Assembly (NCBI GenBank): GCA_016342655.1
Contig: JAEINL010000007.1
Span: forward strand, 4,919-68,918
Direction of reading: 5' to 3'
Source of the DNA: Sphaerochaeta sp.
Lineage (GTDB): Bacteria > Spirochaetota > Spirochaetia > Sphaerochaetales > Sphaerochaetaceae
Length of the DNA stretch: 64,000 nt
The translations under genes were made by a program, and so were the position numbers. Shown piece after piece: positions 30,410 through 39,320 of this stretch. Within the stretch, counting starts at the first letter, position 1. Each line of letters begins with the position of its first letter. The notes beneath the pieces were generated by a model. That model worked only from the letters and a program-made list of their open reading frames with translations, was not told where the DNA came from and searched no databases.

Positions 30410-30592
30410 CTAGGCCTGTGGACTTGGGTTTTCCCCATTTCCTGTGAATTGTTGAAAATACAATGAAATTTGTTTTACATCACCTTGAAACCATGTAATA
30501 ATCATGAGTGTCGTTGCTCAAAGTTCATTCCGATTTTCCAGCGGGTGGACAGGTACTCCAGGGGAGGGATCCTGGGGTTATCAAGGAGGTTG

Positions 30593-30625
30593 CCGCTATC
30601 CGGTTTATTCTGGATAGCGGTTTTT
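30593..30625 (+). terminator. Intrinsic terminator
   Basis: CCGCTATCCGG-loop-CTGGATAGCGG followed by TTTTT. Confidence 0.75.
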
Positions 30626-30783
30626 ATTCCCCAACGAAGCGAGAGTAGCACAAGCATTACCATGGTTCCATTACCGAGCGAGTGCCGGGAAAGCAAGGTG
30701 AGATACGTGAGCCCCTTGGGGCGGAAAAGGAGGCAACGCCTCCTCTTTCCAGGGCTTGCCCTGGGGTGTTGATACCTTTCATT
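30626..30783 (+). repeat. Dispersed ~158-bp structured repeat, copy 2
   Basis: Near-identical to copies 1 and 3; its right end overlaps the stop codon of the ROK gene. Confidence 0.95.
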
Positions 30784-31909
30784 TCTCCTGCTCTTGCATC
30801 ATTTCCAACAACGAACTCTTGAACATCCAACTATCCAAAGCTATGGAAATGCTACCAAGAAGCGTCTGCTTCTCGCCCAAGTCAGAACACACAATGGGAA
30901 TCGTCTCCCTGTTTGAATGTTCTCTGTAGAAACTCTTGAGATACTCTATATATTCTTTATCGAGGTTAGCCAAGCCACCTCCAAGAATGATCTTATTGCA
31001 GCCCGTTATGGCACTTGCTGCAACAAGAGCCATTCCCATAGCCTCAGCTGCTTGTCTCAGGTCTTTCTTGCAACTCTCGTTCGGTTCCTGACAGAGCTGC
31101 TTGACTGTCTTACCTTCATGTCTTTCACTCAAAGCCCAACCTGCAGCGACGCTCTCTAAGCACCCAATCTTCCCACATCTGCAAAGACCAGTTGACCTGA
31201 CCATCAGATGGCCAAACTGTGTATCGCCACTTGTTATGGTATTCTTGTATATCCAGGCACTCTTGATGTGCTCTCCCCAGTTCACCATGAAGAAGTTCAC
31301 CTCCTCTTCAAGGGCGACCCAACGCTCTGCAAACACCATTGCCTCGACGTTGTTGACTAACTTGATCGGCAGGTTTGTGTTTCTCTCGATGATTGCTGCC
31401 AGGGGGATATCATCCCAGTTCCAATGGTCTCTCCTGATTAGGGTTTGCTTGTCTTCGCTTATTACCCCGTCCAAGGCTACCACTACCCCTAGGATAGGGG
31501 AGGTGGCAAGCTTGGACATCTTCCTTATTACCCTGATGACGTTAGAGCATAGCTCCTTCACCTCAGGATGAGCGGTCGTTGGGAATCGTTCATATCGCAA
31601 AATGTTACCCTTGAGATCGGAGATGGCTATGGATGTATTGCGACTGCCCATATCAACGCCCAGTACGAGGGAGGCATCCGCGACAAGGGCGATGGACACA
31701 GGCCTTCGCCCTGTAGTGGTTTCTCTCTTGCCTGTCTCAATTACCCATCCATCTTTGAGCAGTTGCTCTACTATTTCACTTGTCGAGGGTTTGTTGAGCC
31801 TGAGCTTCCGTGCGATATCGGAGCGACTGGATTCTTTCACATGTGCAAGAAGATTCAGTACCCTAAGGCGGTTTATCTCTCGTGCTGCAGCTGGTTGGGT
31901 GAACTTCAT
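30779..31909 (-). CDS. ROK family transcriptional regulator (NagC/XylR-like)
   Basis: N-terminal HTH, GRRP linker, GVDMG, FGHL...CRCGKIGCLE. Start may be 31933. Confidence 0.9.
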   Translation of the reverse strand: MKFTQPAAAREINRLRVLNLLAHVKESSRSDIARKLRLNKPSTSEIVEQLLKDGWVIETGKRETTTGRRPVSIALVADASLVLGVDMGSRNTSIAISDLKGNILRYERFPTTAHPEVKELCSNVIRVIRKMSKLATSPILGVVVALDGVISEDKQTLIRRDHWNWDDIPLAAIIERNTNLPIKLVNNVEAMVFAERWVALEEEVNFFMVNWGEHIKSAWIYKNTITSGDTQFGHLMVRSTGLCRCGKIGCLESVAAGWALSERHEGKTVKQLCQEPNESCKKDLRQAAEAMGMALVAASAITGCNKIILGGGLANLDKEYIEYLKSFYREHSNRETIPIVCSDLGEKQTLLGSISIALDSWMFKSSLLEMMQEQEK

Positions 31910-32012
31910 GGCTAGAGCATACTCCAAGTACATCTTTTTATTAAGGAAAGATTGCCGATACCCAAAAAAATCATTATGTTAGCCTATATCCCATTGGAGG
32001 TATTTAGCAAAC

Positions 32013-33896
32013 ATGGAACAGAAAAAGTTTAAAACTGAGGTATCAGAGTTACTTCAGCTTATCATTCACTCGCTTTATTCAAACAAGGAAATATTCCTTC
32101 GCGAGCTCGTCTCAAACGCTTCGGATGCTTTGGACAAACTCAAATATCTCGCCCTTACCGACGAGAAACTCAAAGGGTTCGACTTCCAGCCGAGAATCGA
32201 CCTCTCTTTCACAGAAGGTGATAAGAGGACTCTTACCATCAAGGACAACGGCCTTGGAATGGATCACGACGATCTTACCAACAACCTCGGTACCATTGCT
32301 TCAAGTGGAACTAAGAAGTTCCTCGCATCACTGACTGAGGAGCAGAAAAAAGATAGCAACCTCATTGGCCAGTTTGGTGTGGGCTTCTACAGTGCCTTCA
32401 TGGTATCTGATAAAGTGGAAGTCATCAGCCGAAAGGCAGGTGAGGAAATTGCACACAAGTGGAGCAGTACCGGAAAGGGCTCCTACACCCTTGAAGAGAC
32501 CACCCGTGAAGAGCAGGGAACCACCATTGTACTCTACCTCAATGAAGAGGGTAATGAGTACGGCAACCGTTGGCAAATCCAGCAACTGGTAAAAAAATAC
32601 AGCGACCATGTCGCTTTTCCAATCTTCCTCTCCTACGACCAGGAGTCGGTTGACGACAAGAAGAAGGACAAGGAAGGCAAACCCCTCAAGACAGTCGAGC
32701 ATAAGGTCGAACAGATCAACAACAGCTCAGCCCTCTGGAGAACCAACAAGAACGACATCAAGGTCGAAGAGTACAATGAGTTCTACAAGAGCTCCTCGTA
32801 TGACAGTGAAGATCCCCTGTTCTATATCCACACCAAGGCTGAAGGTGCCATTGAATATACAACCCTGTTCTATATTCCTACCAAAGCCCCCTTTGACATG
32901 AACAATGCTGACTATCGTCCTGGTGTGAAGCTCTTTGTAAAGCGCGTCTACATCACCGACGATGACAAGGAATTGCTTCCTACCTATCTGAGGTTTGTAC
33001 GTGGTATCATCGACAGTGAGGATCTCCCCCTGAACGTCAGCCGTGAGATCTTGCAGAAGAACCGCGTGATGTCCTCCATTAGAAACGCCTCAGTGAAAAA
33101 ACTGCTCTCTGAGTTCCAGAAGATCAGCGAACAGAACCCTGAGATGTATGTTAAATTTATCGAACAGTACAACCGTCCCCTGAAGGAAGGTCTCTATTCC
33201 GACTATGCAAACAGGGAGTCCCTGCTTGACCTGGTTCGTTTCAAGTCTTCCACAGAAGAGGGATACGTTAGCCTTGCTTCCTACAAGGAACGGATGGGAG
33301 CTGATCAGAAGAGCATCTATTATATCACCGGAGGCAAGGAGTCGACACTGAAGGCCAGCCCCCTGTTGGAAGCCTACCGGAAGAAGGGCTTTGAGGTCCT
33401 GGTCATGAGTGACGACATCGATGACATCGTTGTCGGATCGATCGGTACCTACAAGGACCTTCCTTTGAAGGCCATCAACAAGAGTGGAGCCGTGGACGAC
33501 CTCAAGGGTGATGATGATCCTGTTGAAAAGACCAAGGAGTCCAAGAATCTGGTCAAGAAGATAAAGAAGGCCCTTGGAGACAAGGTAAAGGACGTCGTGG
33601 TTTCTTCCCGTCTGGTAGAGTCCCCCGCTGTTGTGGTTGTCGATGAGAATGACCCCTCGGTACAGATGCAGCAGTTGCTCAAGAGCATGGGCCAAGGCGA
33701 CTTTGAAGATGCCAAGCCGATCCTTGAGGTCAACGTTGACGACCCCATGGTCAAGAAGATTGAAGAGAGTGAAGATACTGAGTATGTCAATGACCTTTGC
33801 TCTGTCTTGCTTGATCAGGCCTTGATTGCAGAGGGTGTGATGCCCAAGGATCCTGTAGCCTTTACGAAGAAGCTACATTCCTTGCTTGCACGATAA
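32013..33896 (+). CDS. htpG: Molecular chaperone HtpG (Hsp90)
   Basis: YSNKEIFLRELVSNASDA, IGQFGVGFYS, DLPLNVSREILQ. Confidence 0.98.
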   Translation: MEQKKFKTEVSELLQLIIHSLYSNKEIFLRELVSNASDALDKLKYLALTDEKLKGFDFQPRIDLSFTEGDKRTLTIKDNGLGMDHDDLTNNLGTIASSGTKKFLASLTEEQKKDSNLIGQFGVGFYSAFMVSDKVEVISRKAGEEIAHKWSSTGKGSYTLEETTREEQGTTIVLYLNEEGNEYGNRWQIQQLVKKYSDHVAFPIFLSYDQESVDDKKKDKEGKPLKTVEHKVEQINNSSALWRTNKNDIKVEEYNEFYKSSSYDSEDPLFYIHTKAEGAIEYTTLFYIPTKAPFDMNNADYRPGVKLFVKRVYITDDDKELLPTYLRFVRGIIDSEDLPLNVSREILQKNRVMSSIRNASVKKLLSEFQKISEQNPEMYVKFIEQYNRPLKEGLYSDYANRESLLDLVRFKSSTEEGYVSLASYKERMGADQKSIYYITGGKESTLKASPLLEAYRKKGFEVLVMSDDIDDIVVGSIGTYKDLPLKAINKSGAVDDLKGDDDPVEKTKESKNLVKKIKKALGDKVKDVVVSSRLVESPAVVVVDENDPSVQMQQLLKSMGQGDFEDAKPILEVNVDDPMVKKIEESEDTEYVNDLCSVLLDQALIAEGVMPKDPVAFTKKLHSLLAR

Positions 33897-33915
33897 CAGG
33901 GAAAACATGCTAGAG

Positions 33916-33949
33916 AAGCAGGGGAAGGGTTACCTTCCCTTGCTTTTTT
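33916..33949 (+). terminator. Intrinsic terminator of htpG
   Basis: AAGCAGGGGAAGG-gtta-CCTTCCCTTGCTT plus T-run. Confidence 0.85.
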
Positions 33950-34004
33950 AGCATGCCAATGGTAGGGTTTTTTATAACCCGATCGTACTAAGGATGGACG
34001 TCAG

Positions 34005-34922
34005 ATGCTTTCAACTATTATGGCTTTTGCAAGTGAAACCGCTCCCGAGGCTACTGCAAAAAGTGGTGGTTTTTTCTCCCAAATGTTGGTAAATATCCAT
34101 GAATGGTCCCAGTTAGAGCCAGTTGCTTTTCTCATAACCCTAGGCGGAGGGCTTTTGATAGTCCTGATAGGTAAGATTCTTGTTGCCTGGTTGAAAAAGG
34201 TTCTAAAACGTGGCTTTTCCAGATCAAAGAAAATTAACGACCTGATGGCCCGCTTTTTATTGCAGCTGGTAAATATCATCGGATGGATATTCCTCCTGAT
34301 CGCCTTCCTCCAGCATATGGGACTTAATATGGGTCCCTTCCTTGCAGGCTTGGGTATTACCGGAGTAATTCTTGGTTTCGCTTTCCAGGAGACTATCGGG
34401 AATCTGCTCAGCGGTGTGATGATTGTCATGAATGCCCCCTTTAGGATCGGTGACTATATCGATGCAGGATCATACTCTGGGACTGTGAAGGACATGGATA
34501 TGATCTGTGTCATTCTCGCTACACCCGACAACAAGAAGATTACGATGTCGAACCGCCTGGTTTGGGGTAGCCCCATTGTCAACTACTCGGACATGGAAAA
34601 GAGAAGGGTGGACATGATAGTAAGCGTACCCTATGGCTCGGATGTGGCAACGGTGAAACAGGTGATTGCCTCCATCTTCGCCCGCTATGAGGAGATTCTT
34701 CCAGATCCTGCCCCCACTATTGAGGTAAACAAGCTCAGCGCCTCTTCTGTTGACTTCATCGCCCGACCATGGACAAAACCAGCGGACTATTGGAGTGTCT
34801 ATTGGCGCTTCCAGGGCGAGCTTTGCGCGGCTCTGGCCGAGGTTGGGCTATCTGTGCCTTTCGACCAGCTCGATCTGCACATTGTTGATACTCCTAGGAC
34901 AATCGAAGCTCCAAAGAAATAG
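34005..34922 (+). CDS. mscS: Small-conductance mechanosensitive channel
   Basis: GFAFQETIGNLLSG, PFRIGDYI, RRVDM. Confidence 0.9.
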   Translation: MLSTIMAFASETAPEATAKSGGFFSQMLVNIHEWSQLEPVAFLITLGGGLLIVLIGKILVAWLKKVLKRGFSRSKKINDLMARFLLQLVNIIGWIFLLIAFLQHMGLNMGPFLAGLGITGVILGFAFQETIGNLLSGVMIVMNAPFRIGDYIDAGSYSGTVKDMDMICVILATPDNKKITMSNRLVWGSPIVNYSDMEKRRVDMIVSVPYGSDVATVKQVIASIFARYEEILPDPAPTIEVNKLSASSVDFIARPWTKPADYWSVYWRFQGELCAALAEVGLSVPFDQLDLHIVDTPRTIEAPKK

Positions 34923-34987
34923 AAGCAAGGATATTGGTGAGATCAACAAATCCTATTTGAGTATAAAATACTATGGGACATACCAAT

Positions 34988-35028
34988 AGAAAGCAAAGCG
35001 ACCGGAATGACCGGTTGCTTTGCTTTCT
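34988..35028. terminator. Bidirectional terminator
   Basis: AGAAAGCAAAGCGACCGG-aatga-CCGGTTGCTTTGCTTTCT between convergent genes. Confidence 0.8.
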
Positions 35029-35053
35029 CTAGAGGACATGAATCCTCTCTCTT

Positions 35054-35590
35054 TTATGACTTTTCTTTAGTTTCTAAAATTTCGCTTGCTTGGCCTTCTC
35101 TACAATACGTATTGACCAGATTGCTGAACTCCTTGGAATCATCGAGAATGAATTTTGCTAGAGAGGAGTTAGGCTTCCAGCTTCGTGATCCAAACAACAG
35201 TGTTATGACTTGCTCTTTGGTCTCTAGCTCTACGATGATATTCGTCCATTTTCCGCTATCAAGGGTATCATGCTTAGCTGTACAGCCCAGTACATCAGCA
35301 AAATTGAAAAGGTAAAACGCATCCTTGAGGGTTATTCCCACTTTTTTCTTCTCATGGTCGAAGGTCAGGAGGATCCCCTCATTGAGATCGTTTATGTACC
35401 CATGTTTTTCGCTGAAGAAAAGCTGGCGTTTCTTCATCTCTTTGAAGGTCTTGTTTTCAAGCTCAGCGAGTGTCTGCTTGAATTTTGCCACTGCCTGCTT
35501 CTTTTTCTTCCTACCAAATGTAAGGGCGTACAGGTTGAATAGGGTCAGCAGGACAAGGAATGCCAAAAGGACATATTGTAACAGGTTCAT
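35054..35590 (-). CDS. Hypothetical membrane-anchored protein
   Basis: One N-terminal TM helix followed by a basic patch (RKKKK); GGAGG RBS. Confidence 0.7.
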   Translation of the reverse strand: MNLLQYVLLAFLVLLTLFNLYALTFGRKKKKQAVAKFKQTLAELENKTFKEMKKRQLFFSEKHGYINDLNEGILLTFDHEKKKVGITLKDAFYLFNFADVLGCTAKHDTLDSGKWTNIIVELETKEQVITLLFGSRSWKPNSSLAKFILDDSKEFSNLVNTYCREGQASEILETKEKS

Positions 35591-35678
35591 TGAAAGCCTC
35601 CGTAGCGACAATAGCAAGTGAGGCAATGGTTTGTAAAGCCATGATGCTTTATGATAGTGTTGTACGTAGGAGAAAACA

Positions 35679-37568
35679 GTGATAAAAATCCTTGTTGTTG
35701 TTCCCTATAGGGAACTGCAGGATGCCTTTGAGGAGGTCATTACCACCTTCGAGCACGATGGTATCCAAATTAGTACGACCCATATCCTCGGATCCGACCC
35801 TCAGGTAATTAAGGACTTGGATGGTGATATCATTGTGGCCAGGGGGATCACTGCCAGTGCTATCGCTACGTACAAGCCCACAACACATGTCGTACCCATT
35901 GCCTTGGGTAGTGGGGATTTGCTTACGGCTCTTTCCCTTGCAAAAAAGGAGAATTATCCTTGCAATATTGGCATCATCACCAATGAGGAGCTTTGTGAGA
36001 GTGAAAAGATAGCCTCCCTTGTAGGATGTCCTGTAACGGTGGTGAAAGTCTACGACCAGAAAGACGTTAGGGATGCTGTATTTGCCCTTCATGAGAAAGG
36101 ATGTACTGTTCTTGTTGGTGGACTCACAATGAGCAATCTCTGTGAGGAAAACCATATAGCCTATGTTCATGTTAAGACAGGCTACCAGGCGATCGTACAC
36201 GCCATTGAAGATGCAGTCGCTACCGCCCGGTCCCTGGAACGGGCCAAGACCAGGGGAACCCTTCTGGCTACCCTTCTTAACAATGCAACCTATGCCCTGT
36301 TTGCCATAAATAGCTATGGGGTCATCATTGCGGCAAATCGTCAGGCCGAGCTGCTGTTCGGTGGACAGCCCTTGGAAGGGAAGTCCATTGATGGTATCTA
36401 CCAGGGAAGCAAGTGGTCCCAGACTGTATTGTCAGGCTCTCTTGTCGAAGCGTTACAAACCATTGGGGGCCAGCAGATACTGGTCAGCCAACAACCCATC
36501 AAAGTTGATGAGCAGACCTCAGGGGTCCTCTTTACCTTCCAGAATGCAGAGGCCATCCAGAAGACCGAACATAAGATCAGGACAGAGCTGAACCGCAAAG
36601 GCCTGGTTGCCCGGTACAGTTTCGAAGATATTATTACCCAAAATATTTTTATGCTTCAGCTTGTGGAGAAGGCAAAACGCTTCAGTGTCGTCAATGGAGC
36701 GGTGCTTTTGCTCGGGGAGACGGGGACAGGGAAGGAGCTGTTTGCGCAGAGCCTGCACAATCACTCCCCCCGTAGCAAAGAACCCTTTGTCGCTGTCAAC
36801 TGTGCAGCCCTTCCTGAACAGCTCTTGGAAAGTGAGCTCTTTGGCTATAGCGAAGGCGCTTTTACCGGAGCCAGCAAAGGCGGTAAGGTAGGCCTGTTCG
36901 AGCTAGCCCACAAGGGAACCCTTTTCCTTGATGAGATAGGGGAGATGCCCATCGTCTTGCAGGCGAAACTCTTGAGGGTTCTTCAGGAGAAGGAAGTACG
37001 CAAGATAGGTGCAGACAAGATTATTCCTGTGGATGTACGTGTTATCAGCGCAGCAAACTGCAATATCATGGAGCGGGTAAAGAACGGATTGTTCCGTCTT
37101 GATCTCTTTTATCGCATCAGCCTGTTGAGTCTCCAGATTCCCAGTCTCCACGAGCGTAAGGATGATATTGGAATTCTATTCAAGTATTTTGTGGAACAGT
37201 ATTGCAAACGGCATAACCAGCACAGTCCAACTATCAAACGAGCTGCCATTGAAGCCCTCGAGCAGTTCTATTGGCCTGGGAATATCCGTGAGCTGCGCAA
37301 TGCTGCGGAGCGTCTGGCTATACTGCACTCCTCTGATGAGGTCGGGGTGCTGGAGATTGAACAGCTTGATATCGGTTCCACAAGCCTGCATGGTGAGGCG
37401 ATGCCATCACCTTTTCCTGTAAAGCGCCGCCTGGTAACCTCGCTGTCCGATGAGGATCTCCATCGGGAATTTCTTTTCAGTGGACTGACACGGGAAGCTT
37501 TTGCCCAACAGGTGGGCTTGAGCAGGACTACCCTGTGGAGAAAACTATCCAAGTTTGAAGGAATGTAA
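35679..37568 (+). CDS. PrpR-like sigma54-dependent activator (PrpR_N, PAS, AAA+, Fis HTH)
   Basis: IIVARG PrpR_N motif, [33 protein letters not shown]. Confidence 0.92.
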   Translation: MIKILVVVPYRELQDAFEEVITTFEHDGIQISTTHILGSDPQVIKDLDGDIIVARGITASAIATYKPTTHVVPIALGSGDLLTALSLAKKENYPCNIGIITNEELCESEKIASLVGCPVTVVKVYDQKDVRDAVFALHEKGCTVLVGGLTMSNLCEENHIAYVHVKTGYQAIVHAIEDAVATARSLERAKTRGTLLATLLNNATYALFAINSYGVIIAANRQAELLFGGQPLEGKSIDGIYQGSKWSQTVLSGSLVEALQTIGGQQILVSQQPIKVDEQTSGVLFTFQNAEAIQKTEHKIRTELNRKGLVARYSFEDIITQNIFMLQLVEKAKRFSVVNGAVLLLGETGTGKELFAQSLHNHSPRSKEPFVAVNCAALPEQLLESELFGYSEGAFTGASKGGKVGLFELAHKGTLFLDEIGEMPIVLQAKLLRVLQEKEVRKIGADKIIPVDVRVISAANCNIMERVKNGLFRLDLFYRISLLSLQIPSLHERKDDIGILFKYFVEQYCKRHNQHSPTIKRAAIEALEQFYWPGNIRELRNAAERLAILHSSDEVGVLEIEQLDIGSTSLHGEAMPSPFPVKRRLVTSLSDEDLHREFLFSGLTREAFAQQVGLSRTTLWRKLSKFEGM

Positions 37569-37575
37569 GTTCTAG

Positions 37576-37621
37576 TGTTTCATATATGTTTCAAATGAAA
37601 CATGAAACATATATTGAAACA
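37576..37621. promoter_or_regulatory. Upstream activator sequence: array of TGTTTCA/TGAAACA half-sites
   Basis: TGTTTCA-tata-TGTTTCA-aa-TGAAACA-TGAAACA-tatat-TGAAACA, about 130-180 bp upstream of a sigma54 promoter. Confidence 0.75.
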
Positions 37622-37754
37622 GACGTCTCTTTCTGCAAAAAAAGTGCTAAAAAAGTAAAAATACCCCATACTTTCCTCTATATATCGGCTCTTTCTAGAG
37701 TTATATGTATACAAATATTCTAAAAACGATTCATTGTATACAATATGAATAAGT

Positions 37755-37769
37755 TGGCACGCAACTTGC
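37755..37769 (+). promoter_or_regulatory. sigma54 (-24/-12) promoter
   Basis: TGGCACG-CAAC-TTGC matches the consensus; adjacent to an enhancer-binding protein gene. Confidence 0.88.
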
Positions 37770-37829
37770 CATCCTGTTCTCGTGGGCTACACCCTGTGTT
37801 GCTTGCAACTACGAGATAAGGAAAATGTA

Positions 37830-38837
37830 ATGAATAACAAACCTGTACTGGGAATATTGCTTGGCGATGGCGCCGGGGTCGGACCTGAAATTGTGGCAAA
37901 GCTTGCTGTCGCTGATTTTTATGCAAAGCATTGCAAGCCTGTCATCATTGGCGATGCAAGAATTCTCGCACGAGCCTTTGAGATCATTGGTTCCTCTGTT
38001 CCCCTACAGATAGTTGATACTATTGAACAAGCTGACTGGTCGAAAGGTCTGCCTGTCCTGGACCAGAAGAATCTGGATCCTAAGGATGTTCCCCTTGGCA
38101 CCTTGCTGACCATCTGTGGAGAAGCCAATCTCCGCATGCTTGAGTTGGGTGTCAGCCTCTACCAGGAGAAGAAGATCGAAGGGTTCTGTTTCTGCCCCTT
38201 GAACAAGGCTGGAATGAAAGATGCGGGATGCAAGTACGAGAGCGAACACCATTACATGGCGGAACTCTTTGGCCACACCGAACCCTTTGGCGAGATCAAT
38301 GTGTTGGGTGACCTCTGGACTACCCGGACAACCAGTCACATCCCCCTCAGTGAAGTGAGCAAGCATCTCACCAAAGAGAGTATCCTTCGTGCAGTACTCC
38401 TTGCAAACACCTCCATCCGCAACAGCGGTATCGCCAAGCCCCGCCTGGCTTTGGCAGCTCTCAATCCCCATGCCGGGGAGAATGGTATGTGTGGACGTGA
38501 GGAGATCGATGTCATAGAGCCTGCCATCAAGGCAGCCCAGGAGATGGGTATTGATGCTACCGGGCCCTATCCAAGTGATATCACCTTCATCAAGGCCTTC
38601 CGTGGTGAGTTCGATGGTGTGGTCACCATGTACCATGACCAGGGTCAGATAGCTCTCAAGCTCAAGGGGTTTGATGAGGGTATCACCATTGCAGGAGGCC
38701 TTCCTGCCCCCATCGTGACCTGTGCCCATGGAACAGCGTATGATATTGCAGGCAAAGGTATCGTACATACCCTTGCTTTTGAGAATGCTGTAAAGATGGC
38801 AAGCAAGATGGCAAGCCACATCGCTGCAAGAACTTGA
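37830..38837 (+). CDS. PdxA-family dehydrogenase (atypical)
   Basis: GDGAGVGPEI, TSHIPL, LNPHAGE, MYHDQG, HGTAYDIAGKG. Confidence 0.88.
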   Translation: MNNKPVLGILLGDGAGVGPEIVAKLAVADFYAKHCKPVIIGDARILARAFEIIGSSVPLQIVDTIEQADWSKGLPVLDQKNLDPKDVPLGTLLTICGEANLRMLELGVSLYQEKKIEGFCFCPLNKAGMKDAGCKYESEHHYMAELFGHTEPFGEINVLGDLWTTRTTSHIPLSEVSKHLTKESILRAVLLANTSIRNSGIAKPRLALAALNPHAGENGMCGREEIDVIEPAIKAAQEMGIDATGPYPSDITFIKAFRGEFDGVVTMYHDQGQIALKLKGFDEGITIAGGLPAPIVTCAHGTAYDIAGKGIVHTLAFENAVKMASKMASHIAART

Positions 38838-38848
38838 GGAGTCAAGGT

Positions 38849-39310
38849 ATGCAAAAGAAAATGAAGATAACGAGCCAATTGATGATACCGGTCTTTATCG
38901 CTGTAGTCGCCGTGCTGTTCATCTTGTTTGGGTATGCCAAATATGGATTTTGGCATCCCACAAAGGGCCCTCTTTCTGGTTTTTCCCCCGTAATCATAGG
39001 GACTGTCCTGCTTGTGATGAGTGTCTTGGCCTGTATCACCTCCCTAAAGCAAGAGGGAACCGACTATCCGTTGGAAAACTGGTATCCGGCTTTTGGGACT
39101 GTCCTGATCATGCTGTCTACACTTGTTATAGGCATGCTCCCTTCCCTGGCAATCTTTGTAGTGCTGTGGTTGAAGTGGTATGAGAAGTACTCCTGGAAAA
39201 CAACTCTGATGGTCTTTGTCATCATCATGGGAATTGTATTGGGTGCTTTTGTATTCTGGCTTGGTGTTCCTTTTCCAAAAGGGATTATCTACGACATGAT
39301 CGTCAACTAA
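38849..39310 (+). CDS. tctB: Tripartite tricarboxylate transporter small subunit TctB
   Basis: Four TM segments, GP..G..P motif, C-terminal LGVPFPKG; precedes tctA. Confidence 0.8.
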   Translation: MQKKMKITSQLMIPVFIAVVAVLFILFGYAKYGFWHPTKGPLSGFSPVIIGTVLLVMSVLACITSLKQEGTDYPLENWYPAFGTVLIMLSTLVIGMLPSLAIFVVLWLKWYEKYSWKTTLMVFVIIMGIVLGAFVFWLGVPFPKGIIYDMIVN

Positions 39311-39320
39311 GGGGTACGAG

